From: Mytilus edulis
Lineage: Eukaryota
Direction: 5' to 3'
Assembly: GCF_963676685.1 (NCBI RefSeq)
Contig: NC_092355.1
Coordinates: 25,792,001-25,856,000 of the forward strand
DNA: 64,000 bases
Part shown: piece by piece, positions 13,717-25,000 of the stretch
Layout of the letters: each line of letters starts with the position of its first letter
Numbering within the stretch: the stretch's first letter is position 1
Made by a program: the position numbers and the translations under genes
The notes under the pieces: model-generated
Database searches by the model: none
The model's input: the letters and a program-made list of their open reading frames with translations, nothing else
Told to the model about the DNA's origin: nothing

Positions 13717-14789
13717 TTATAATGACTTTTGTGTGTATGAACAATATTCTTTGAAAATTGTTATATATTTCAATGATTTCTAACGAACTATTAACAACAC
13801 GTTTGCCTTGTATTTTTATAATCAAATACTTTTATTGTCATATAAATAAAAAAAAAAACTAATCTCTGACAAACATAACATATATAAAAAAATTTACAGT
13901 ACAATATTAAAATACAGATGTAGCAGTTCAAATTATTGTTTTGGGTCTCCCGTCCTCAGTTCTAATGACTCTTATTAAGGAAGCTGTATTTTTTAATTGA
14001 CTGTGAGATGTGGGGTTTAGTATAAATATTGTAAGTTTAAGCATTTCATCTTTAACAGTGTTTTCCTCTCCGAATTGATTTTCGTTGAGTCAAAATATTT
14101 TTTTTCTATAAAAGTTATATTAAGAGCATTTGAGAAAGAAGTGTTTTTCGTCCTCAATCTCATTACAGAATTTGCAATATCTCTGATATCTAGGAATCTT
14201 AATATGTCTGACCTTTTCTATTAAAAGAGTGTATTCGCTAATGATGAATTTTGTTAATAGTTTTCTGGAGGCAGAATGGTTATGTTTTAGGTAATTATTG
14301 TTTCAAGTTAATCTTAATATTTTTGTATAGGAGAATTTTAATACTTTCATTTAAGTCCTTTATCTTTTTTTGCCAATATATTATTGAAATTAGATTTTAT
14401 TTGCTTTATAGTACGGCCGACACTCGGCTAACCGAGAGATTGGTCGGTTAATCTATATTGAGTATGCGGCTATATGGGCGATTGGTCTGTTAATCGGGTT
14501 GGTTATACGTCTGTTAAGAGTAAAACGCTTAATTTAATGTTAAACTCTATTAAATATACAGATTTTTGGCATGTTACAAGAACCAAATCAAGAAAAGAAA
14601 ATATACAGTATCACTCTGGTCCATTTGATGTTCCAAATATTTTTTAAACCAACAATTTAACTGCCGTTATAAAAATTAACTTAAGTAAAAGTGCTAGCAG
14701 AATTCATTCAGAACTTTCTAAAAGACAAACCGAAAAAGCACCTTGCGAAATTCTTTAATTTTCCTTTTATATAATATATTGGTGATTTC

Positions 14790-15245
14790 CTATCATTTAA
14801 TAACCCATATTTCTGCCAAAAATAACATCTCATATATCCCAGTGAATTTGAAATTAAGGATTCTACTGACACTAGAAGGACTGCTTCATACCTTGATTTT
14901 CTCCTCAATATTGACACAGATGAACGACTTCATACGAAAATCTATGATGAGCAGGACGATTTCAACTTCCCGATTATCAAATTCCCATTTCTCAGCAGGA
15001 ACACACCCTCTACCCCTTTGTATGGTGTTTGCATATCTCAGTTTATAGGTTATGCTCGTGCATGTTCACACTATACGGACTTCATATACAAAAGTGTGCT
15101 TCTAACACAGAAACTGCTGCAACAAAGTTACGAGGAGGACAGACTAAAAATATCACTTCGTAATTTTATGGACACAATCACGAATATGTTGATCTATACG
15201 ATGTGTTGTTGTCCAAACTAATTAAGGACATTTTTACCACGTGTT
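14790..15245 (+). mobile_element. Penelope-like RT C-terminal fragment (5'-truncated)
   Basis: IYPSEFEIKDSTDT..TASYLDFLLNID...LHTKIYDEQDDFNFPIIKFPFLS.N.P..PLYGVCISQFIGYARACSHY.DF...LLTQKLLQQ. Confidence 0.75.
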
Positions 15246-15794
15246 AGGTTTGTCATTACGTCGTCTGATCTTTTAAGTACCGAACGTAGCTAATTCACGA
15301 TTGCGAATGTTTTGCTGAGTGTGAATTCGAACTGTCACTGTATTTTGCTATCCAAAACTCATATATTTAGTTTTGATGTTATGATTGTTATTCTCATCGG
15401 ACTTTGTCAAATGTCTTATCGTTTTTTTTCTGTTCTTTTCGTGTGTTACGGAAACGATAATTAATCACCGAATTCATTTATACGGTTTTCGGTTTGGATC
15501 AACTAAATTACACACCATGTATTTGGTTTACTGTTTGATTTAGAAGAAATACCGACATAGCTAGATAATACAATTAATTATCTAATTACTACCAAAAATT
15601 TATATTAATTAGTATTGTAATTTACGTTGCTATTAATACATGCTATATCAGTATTACAAACCTAATCTTGAACTCTATCCTATTTTTTGGAAATGTTAAG
15701 AAATTTAAATTTGACGTCACTTTGTGGGTCGATCTCTTCGGATCACATATAATACATTGTTCGGGTTGTTTTACGTGTTCGTTTTTATTCTGTA

Positions 15795-16162
15795 GTTAGT
15801 CACCACTTCGGTGTTCACATGTATATCTTATATATCATCATATACATGTCATGTGTATAAATTTACTAATTGAAAAAGTATGAATTAATTCTGAATACTG
15901 AGGACTTTCTTATCCCAGGCAGATTAACTAAGCCGTATTTGGCACATTTTTTTGGCACTTTTGGTCCTCAATGCTCTTCAACTTTGAACTTGTTTTGGCT
16001 ATTGAACATTTTTTATCAGAGCTTCAATGATGAGTATTATGTAGACGAAACGCGCGTCTGGCGTATTAAAATGTAGACGAAACATGCGGACAGCGATTTA
16101 AAATGTAGACGAAAGGCTTCTTGCGTATTAAATGATAAGTCTGGTACCTTTTGATAGCTATT
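15795..16162 (+). mobile_element. Non-LTR retrozyme-like repeat unit (about 360 nt) with a degenerate hammerhead
   Basis: Homologous to 17186-17369(-) and 46650-46860(-). The core is mutated (CAATGATGAGTA..GACGAAACGCGCGTCTGGCGT), with local triplication of ATGTAGACGAAA. Confidence 0.7.
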
Positions 16163-16533
16163 ATTTGTGTGTTTCTTTGTCCTGTATGTTCTCCCATTTT
16201 TTGTATTGTAGTCCTATCATTTAATGTTGTCATTTGAATGTTTGAATTAACATTGCCATAAAAGCGCGAGGTTTGGCTAGTTACTAAACCAGGTTCAACC
16301 CACGATTATTTTTTTTCTAAAAATGTCCTGTACCAAGGCAGGAAAATGGCTATTGTTATATTATGGTTCGTTTCTGTGTGTATTACATTTTAGTGTTGTG
16401 TTTCTGTTGTGTTGTAGTTCTCCTAAAAATATTTGATGTGTTTCCCTCAGTTCTAGTTTGTAACCCGGATTTGTTTTTTTCACAATCACTTAATGAATTT
16501 CGAACAGTGGTATACTACTATTGCCTTTATTTA
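16163..16533 (+). repeat. Interspersed repeat family C
   Basis: Inverted homolog at 39865-40215; partial copies near 45730-45970 and 54000-54240. Confidence 0.7.
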
Positions 16534-17185
16534 TGATTATTTCCGAGAGAAGACTAGATTCATTTACGACATAATTTATTGATAACAAAGACATTTAAAA
16601 AGAAAAAAATTGTTACAGGGAATTTGTGAAATCAGAGATTTTGAAAAAATCACTGAAATTTCAGGGAATTTGTTAAATCTCTGAACTGATTATTGATTTT
16701 ATAAAATCCCTGAATTTGACTAGTGATTTTACTTAAAATAATTAAGATTTTTGTTTACAGATTCACTGACTAAATTCAGTGAATTTGTAAAATAAATTCA
16801 TTCATTTTTATAAGAATTTCTGTGAAAAATACATTTCAGAGCAAGAACATCTTGTTGTTGCATGAAAATTAATATATAAAAAAGCAAATAAGTATTGTAT
16901 TATTAAAATTTGCTGCCTTCAAAATAACAATTACATTCACAAAATAATAATATAAAAAGACAATAGAAAATATAGGTAAGAAGTTTATGAATAGGTTCTA
17001 ACGAAGCAAAAATGAAAACAGTTTTACTTACTTTGGTCATATATCAGTTACATGTACATTTTTTGTATTTGACCACAAAGTGAAATATCTGTTACTAAGT
17101 TTCTAAACTTTCTCAACTCTTTTAATCCAAATAAAAGTAGATACTTTGGTTAAATTATGTATAAAGTTCTTCAATGTGGAGATTT

Positions 17186-17369
17186 GAAATAGTTATCAAA
17201 AGTACCAGGATTATAATTCTATACGCCAGACGCGCGTTTCGTCGACATAAGACTCATCAGTGACGCTCAGATCAAAATAGTTAAAAAGCCAAACAAATAC
17301 AAAGTTGAAGAGCATTGAGGACCCAAAATTCCCAAAAGTTGTGCCAAATACGTCTAAGGTAATCTACTC
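17186..17369 (-). mobile_element. Partial retrozyme-like repeat carrying the intact hammerhead
   Basis: Reverse-complement match to about 15920-16160; nested inside the 16611-18097 TIR element. Confidence 0.75.
17223..17266 (-). ncRNA. Type I minimal hammerhead ribozyme (retrozyme type), intact core
   Basis: Minus strand reads GCGUCA-CUGAUGA-GUC uuauguc GAC-GAAA-C GCGC G-UC-UGGCGU: stem I, conserved core, stem II, palindromic stem III and a GUC cleavage triplet. Confidence 0.85.
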
Positions 17370-18493
17370 GTTTAAAAAATCGTTAAAAACGGTATAATTC
17401 ATTACAGAAAGATGTTTTAAAAATATTATGTAAGTCTTGAAGACATGTAAACTAGTTCTGAAAGTTCACAAATAAATTGGTCATGGTGGTAGTTACAAAA
17501 TGTTAGTAAAGGTACGCAAATAAAAATGGTGCAAATGTTTCAAACAAAGCTTTAGAATGTTTCAAAATTTTGAGAGGAATACCAACTACCGAGTAAAACA
17601 AACGTAGAGCTGCTACAGTAAAGGTATTTTCGTTAAGTCTATAATAAGCAAAGAGTTCAATTTTCCATAGGACAGGTTGATTTAATACAGACATGCATCG
17701 AAAAGCAGGGTAATTTTGTAACAGTAGAAGTTGTCCAAACTTGCCATGCATAAATAATTAAATTATCAGTGGTCTAAATATTCGTTTATATGCCTTTTAG
17801 TTATTATCATTATACACTAGTTCTAGCTCACAGTGTTTATTAAACAAATATATTTCAAAATCATTAGTGATCATTAGGCTATTCTTATATTAAGAAAAAC
17901 ACATTTCTGAAAGCAAATTATACTTAATTATAATCAGGGATTTTACAAAATCCCTAGCCCTATTTTCAGTGATTTTGGAAACTCCCTAACAATTTCGGGG
18001 ATTTTACAAAACCACTGAAACTGTTAGTGAGTTTACAAAATTACTGAATAGTCCAGTGATTTTACAAAATCCCTGGTTTTACAAATTCCCTGTAACATAC
18101 AAACTTGTTATCAAAGCTTTAGTGATACGGAAAACAAATTGCTCTTATTGCTCTGCAAAGTCTATTTTGTGCTTTACTAGTTCTCTCTTCATGATGTATC
18201 TATTAATGACCTTCTATGATTGATAAACAAGCAGTTATATATTCATTACGTTTGCACGAACCGTTTTTCTCATCCGTTTCAATACTTCATTCTCTGTACA
18301 ACTATCTGGAAACAACTGTTAATCAAGTCAATACAAACATACAGATTTAAAACCAGTAGCAAACTTTACAGACCAGTTTGCATTGATAGACTGAAATGAA
18401 AAGATGGTTTCATTGGTTGTATTCATTTGATAATTATTTAGAAATTGTTTAATTTGTTTTTGTTTTATCTACTTGGCATTCCATCTCCTTTGA

Positions 18494-18542
18494 TTTGAGC
18501 GTCACGGTTGTGTCTTGTGTAGATGAAACGCACGTCTGGCGA
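18494..18542 (+). repeat. Decayed hammerhead fragment of the retrozyme family
   Basis: TGAGCGTCACGGTTGTGTCTTGTGTAGATGAAACGCACGTCTGGCG aligns to the family hammerhead; the core is lost. Confidence 0.6.
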
Positions 18543-19018
18543 GCTTGGTTGTGTTTTGACATTTACTTCGAAGATAGTTTTTTTTTTAAATCAGAATTGA
18601 CCGACTGTGGATTTTTTTTTAAACACGGTTTTAAATGATAAATAATAAACTCGACTGTAATATTTTTGGCATTCGACAGACTAATTGCAAACCCTGGTTA
18701 ACGATTTCTTCTTTAAACATATGAAAATTGATTTTAAAATGTCGTAATAAGGTATTAAAATAATTCGAAAGCAAAATGTACATGATGTATAAGCCGCTTC
18801 AGTGCATACTACCTTGAAAGTGTTATATGAAACAATCCGAACCCGTCAGGTTGTCCTTATTGGTAAGTTTGGACTTTAGTTTTTTTTTTCGAGCTTGAAA
18901 TAGCAATCAAAATTGATCATTAAGGAAAACAAGTGCATTGCACTTGCTTCTGGCAATTAGCTCTTTCTCAATAATCCGGAATATAGAATTAATATAGAAG
19001 AATATCAATTTCAGAATT

Positions 19019-19082
19019 ATGATGAAGTTTTGTTGTTTGATTGTAATCATCCCCTGCATAATTTATGTGACTAATGGCGGCA
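19019..19082 (+). CDS. Exon 1 (signal peptide) of the defensin-like/MAM gene
   Basis: tttcag acceptor ends at 19014, ATG at 19019, hydrophobic 21 aa, donor A|gtaagt at 19083. A probable 5'UTR exon ends at 18862 (TG|gtaagt). Confidence 0.8.
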
Positions 19083-22000
19083 GTAAGTATGTCATAACTA
19101 CATGTAGTATAGCTTGTTCGCTCTTTGATCAAAGACGAATTTTTAGAATTGCTTTTTTGACCACAAAAAAATTATGTTTCGGCATGTACAGTGCTGAGAT
19201 TTGGAGCGAGGGTCAAAACAAGGTCCACGTGCAAGATAACTTTGAACTTGGTTTACCAAGCTAAACAGAGTTAAATCAAACTAGAATTAGCGTACAAGAT
19301 TGCTTGCAACCGATAAACTGTTTACAACATTTGTTAACACAAGAGAAGAGTTTAGAAGACATTTAAAGAGGAATAAAACCTCAGGTCGAAAAGTGTTGAT
19401 GTTCAAAAGACTCACCAGAGAAATGCGTATGATCGTTGTAAATATACCAGAAACTCCTTATTGGGGATGCTGACATTGATGAATAAGATTTTTCAAGTAA
19501 ATATTAATCAATTTACGTTTAATATTCAATTCAATACATTTCACCAGAAACAAAAACAACCTGTTTAGATGCATACGTATGCACATAATAAACAATTCGA
19601 ACAAATTGGCAATGGAACTTTAACTCATAATTTGCGTGTAAGTAAGGTGTCGTGTTACAGTAGCAATTGAAGAACACGTAGGTAGATACATACATTCTGA
19701 TTTCAGCTTTAAACCCCGCCAGCGGAGATTAAAATGAGAGGTGTGGTTTTCAAGAAATCATAAATACCACAATATCATAATACATTAAATGAATGTTAAA
19801 AATCAACACTTTTCTAAAAAATATCACATTTTTATTTATGTCCTATATTTTACGTGGGTAATATTGAAAATATGATTGTGAATCATACCACATCCTCTTT
19901 TTTAGATGTATTTTTTTCCATGTTTCCCTCAAAATTCTGTGAAATACCATGTTTGATCTGATAATTAGATATACTAGAGCTTGGAGGGTATATCTCTATC
20001 TATTTGCTAGAATAACTGCCGAAATAAATTTCAGCAATTTGACGGTAATATTTAGCACTTTTCCAATAATGGAATTGTTTACATTTTATGAACTTATATC
20101 TTTAGTATTAAAACATGTATCACATCATCACTGAATAAACAAGAGCAAATGATATCATATTGTATCGATGTACTGTTCTCTTTAGTACTCACTGGACAAT
20201 GTCTGGCTTCTAATGGTAAATGTGGAACAAAAGGTCTAACGTGTGAACAAAAGTTTGGACAAGGATGGATTAATAAGGGCAGATGCTGCAACGAAAAGCC
20301 GTGTTGCGGAGAGGAGGAATCCACAGGCAAGTGTTTGAATAAAATACCATGCTGCCACGTTGCAAATAATATTGAATTGAAAAAATTGTTTTTGAAACAA
20401 TTCATAGAAAAGTGTTTCCTCCTCTTTCATAGATAGTTTGTACTTGACTTCAAAGATAGTGGCGACAAGTGCATCCGACAACAACGTCATTTTAGATCTA
20501 AAATTAACATATTTATACAAACTATATCCGATTTGAACTTTTCCCGTTGAAGACCAAACAATTCAGGTAGATTGCTTATAGTTCGACCTTGTCCTTAATG
20601 ATGTCGTCATATTGCTATTTTATTTGTTTTGACTGTAACGTTAACTGCTAATTAAGTTATCAAATATAGTAGTAGTAGAATAAATCTAGCAAAAATGATC
20701 CCTGTATCACAGAACCAACGACGGATAATCATTTCAATTTGTATATGCTTATTGGTTGGAACAGATGCAAAATTAAAAGCGACAAATATGAACAGAAACA
20801 GTTTTTATTATAGTTTTCGACATGCTACATTGTACGCATGTTGTAGTAAAATATAAATCAAAATAGACAAAAGGACACCTCTGAATTAGATGTACAGTTA
20901 ACACTGATTGATCTTATTAATACATGATTCCATCGACTTAAACAATACGATTTAATATATTTTACAGTTAAACCAGAAATAAGCCATAGCTGTGGATTTG
21001 AGACAACTGAACAATGTTTTTTCAAACAAACTAGTAATGATGATTTTGATTGGACTCGGGGATCTGTAAGTTCCTTAAACACAGTCTATTTTTAACAAAA
21101 AGTCGTACAATCCCCGACCATTTCTCCATGATGTATATTTTTAAAAAGAGAGAAAGATATCAAATGGATATTTAGACACACAAGTTCAAAGCTAACTGGT
21201 AATGCTTTCGAATTAAAACAACAATTTGATTAGTATTTTGCTATCTTTAACAACTCAAATAAGCGTTAGATAAAAAGAATAGGAGGTTGTACAATGATGC
21301 AAAAACTAGATGCCTACCCACCAAAATCTAAACTGATTGCTAAATTGTTTGTTGCTTTACGCTATCTCAGCACAAAACGGCTTAAAAACTCATTTTGATT
21401 GGTTGATTGGTTGATTGTTTATCTATGTTAATCGCCACTATCAGAACTTTAATCGATTAACAAATACCGAGTAAATGGAGAGAAAATTGGATACTCTGTA
21501 GAAAATTAATACTCATATTCAATGACGATAAAAGTGGTCTCACTTTACCGAATCTGGGTTGAACATGCAAATCTAGAATAAAAGATTTCAATGATATTAG
21601 TTACTTATAAGCAAGAGATTGACTTTACTTGACTGAGAATGGACATAACCTGTGAGCTTACGAGGTGTAATTACAAAAAAAGACCGCAATCGATCCTGAG
21701 TTAACATGGCCATAGGTTAAGGTCATTGCGACATAGTTAACAACTGTAACAGTAATAAAAACGTGGTACGGTTACTAAATTATGGTATAAAACCAATAAT
21801 GTATAGCCCCTTAGCCTTTTATGTTAAAATATGCAATTTCAAGCATTAAAGTGGCAATCATTTCATGTCAAAACCATACCTTATCCTGACTTGTGATGAA
21901 AAATTCAACATACCGTTAATTGCATATAAGAGTGTACTTGTTCCCTGATGTTTGATAGTACAAAACAGGTACACGCTATCTGAACAACAGGGTAAATGTC

Positions 22001-25000
22001 CCTTCTTATTATAGTTTTATATACGTTTTTTAATAATCAAAAGAAACTTTTAATAAGGGTTCTACAGTAATCCATAATCCCCAAGCTTTCATTTGATACC
22101 AAAAAACTATTTAAATATTTAACCTATTGACAGTGATACAACTATGTGTAGGACATATATTGTTTAGAATATGTATTACTTTGTTGTATGTTCTTTCCGA
22201 CCGGGCCTGAATTAGTGGTCTTATATCTTTTATTTGGTATACAGTTGTATAAGTCTTTTCACATTTCGTATCTATAAACCTGATATGACATAACTTCATC
22301 AGTCATGGTCTATCGATTGAGACATGCACATTGTTTTACATGTTAGTTGTGTGAATTGAATAATTTATATGCTCATGATTTAAATTTTCAAAACCAAGGG
22401 GTTTAATCCCTTGAAATAGATTTCCATTCTCAATTTTATTTCTTAATTGTATAAGGAAAACCCTTTTGGAAAAATTGGTCGTCGATGCCCTGCAATGTCG
22501 TAATTTATAAATTTTAGAGTTCATGCGTTATTGATCAATCTAGTTGACAAAATTTTAATCCTGGTATCTATGATGAGTGTATTGCAGGGTTTCCCCTGGG
22601 TCAATCATTTTTTCGCCACCTCTTTCGCCAAAACATTATATGTTTCGCCACTTTATTTTTTTTTTCGCCAAGTAACATAAATATATTTTTCTTGTAAAAT
22701 TTACCTTTTTTCTACCCCCCCCCTTTTCCTCCCTTAAATAAGTCGATTTTGCATCATTGTGATCATTCTCTCAAACTTATTTTAGAGTCTACATTTTAAT
22801 GAATAAACACATCATTTTTTTTTTAAAACAACAGATTTTTTTTTAACTTTAAAGGGAAAAATACTCATTGTTTTTTAAACAACTTTTGTAAATAAGGGGG
22901 ACTATCCTTTTAATAATAAAGAAGATACGAGTCTTGGAATATAACAAAATTAATTAACATGTTTTGATCATATGATACCAGTATAGTTCGTAGGGAAAGT
23001 TTCTTTAAAAGAAAAATACTGATGAACCCTTTTGTACTAAGAAGTGGTTTTACAACAAAACAAAAGATTTTATCACATGAAATTGATCCCTCATTTTATG
23101 TGTAGTCATTACATTGAAGGGTTACTCTCATTCGAGGGCTTGTTTCAAACCTTTTTAACATATTTCTTTATAACGACAGTTTTCTTTTCTTGACCATCGT
23201 AAATGAAAAAGATTAGACGTAAAACTATGCTTGAAACACGTGTGTCTAAAGTATATACGTAGTCTCCCTAATCAATTACCTATATAAAAGTTAAAAAAAA
23301 ATCTTACTTTTGAACATTTTTCGTCACAACAACAGCTTTCTTTTCTAAACTATCTTTAAAAGGAGAGGAGACGTAAAAAGTTTGCTTTAAACACGTGCGT
23401 CGCAAAGTGGTAAATAAATTCTGTATGTGACATTTAGCAGAAGTCATTTAACCATATCATTTTGTCAAACAATTTAATCAACACCTTTATTAATTAGTCC
23501 TTTGTTGTCGATAGCTATAAAATGCAATCAGCTGATTATTGATTTTCTGTCCAAATATTAATGAGGTTAAGGTGAATTCCGAGTATTGTCTGATCGGGTA
23601 ACGTCCGAGAAACTCGAAAAAAGTAAATAAGCAAGATGGAGTAAAATAAATCGTTATATATATTTCTTTCGCCAAATTCTTTCCCTTTCATGAATTTGAC
23701 TGTCCCTCTGGTATCTTTCGTCCCTCTTTTACAATGATTGCTAGTTTCTAAGTTGATAAGGTACACCTTCAACATGTTTTTTATGCAAATAACGCAATGA
23801 ACGTGGATAGAAATAAATATTATTTTATTGGTTTTTATGTTTAAACTGTTGTCGCTTTAGGGTTTTACCCCTACCGCTTCAACTGGTCCCACATCAGCAG
23901 CCGAGGGGAAATACTACATGTTCATAGAGGCAACTGGAAATTTTGCTATAGAACAGGCTTCTTTCACTACAGATGGTACAAACTTTCAAGGTAGGACTTT
24001 CATAATTACTGGTTATTGTTTTTCCCCAGTTATTTTGTTCATTTTACTTTATGTTCACGAAATAACAGACTACTTGAAAGTATGAAGGTTATACCCGGAT
24101 GTTAGAAGAATGTTTGGGATTGACGTCGTCGCCTCTTCTTCAGGGTGTTTTGTAAAAGTTTTTTTCTCTATTAAAATGGGTTTCGATTAATGGATTATTT
24201 GTTTATACACAAATATGCCGAAATTAATGTCTTGGTTAGAGAGAAAAAAACTCATGAAATTGTATATCAGTAATCATTAATACATAAACATCATGTAAAA
24301 AGCAACCAAGGATTCAAAAGGCTTTTTGATAAAACCAATAAGAGTACCTCACTGTATTTTAGATTAAATATATCAGAGTTGATAACACAAATAAAATATC
24401 CATTTTATCCTGCACTACCGCCCGCTTATTACCAAAGTATTTCTATTCTATAAGTTAGTATTGGACATCATTCTGTCCCGTTTGAACAGGTTATAGTCAG
24501 TAAGAGTGGTGTAAAAGATATTGAGGTTACTAGTTTACAAAGTGTATACTCATTTAAATAGACATGATATATGCTCAATGATTCAATAAAAGAAATTGAT
24601 GTCAAAGATCATAAATTGATACCCAAGAATAAAAGTATCTACAAATCTTCTTTACAAATAGTCGTTCGTGTTTTAACGATAGGCAATAAGTAGAATTTCA
24701 ACTATTGTTCGATTTTTTTTAACTGAACGTTGTAAAGTGAAATGATACAACTTGTTGGTTCTTGGAATATATTTTCAGTTTGGTTTTTATATATGTCATT
24801 CAGTATTTCGTTATCCAGTTTATAGATTGTAGGCAGACAGTAGGCAGACAGTAGGCAAAGGGTGTTTTTATATATTGGTTTTCGTATTTGATGTATTTCG
24901 ATATTATTGAATACATTTGATCAAAGTTATCACTTGGTGTAAATTAACCAAATATCAGAACTGACGAACAGACCCCATTGATGCCTGGATTCGTATTTCA

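Larger units (their letters stand above)
16611..18097. mobile_element. Non-autonomous TIR DNA transposon with subterminal repeats
   Basis: Termini TGTTACAGGGAATTTGT ... ACAAATTCCCTGTAACA; repeated CAGGGA/CAGTGATTTTACAAAATCACTGAA motifs at both ends. Confidence 0.8.

Noticed and set aside
476-14451. Numerous 60-110-aa ORFs in the ORF track
   Set aside because: AT-driven composition, no recognisable motifs and no consistent splice structure; several overlap repeats or the N gap.
20149-20185. ATG at 20149 as the start of a standalone 95-aa peptide
   Set aside because: It lies in the intron upstream of a good acceptor, and the exon at 19019 supplies a better signal peptide in the right phase.
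22585-23420. hAT-like element starting CAGGGTTTCCCCTGG
   Set aside because: It is probably a transposon end, but I found no matching right TIR or TSD, so its boundaries are unsupported.
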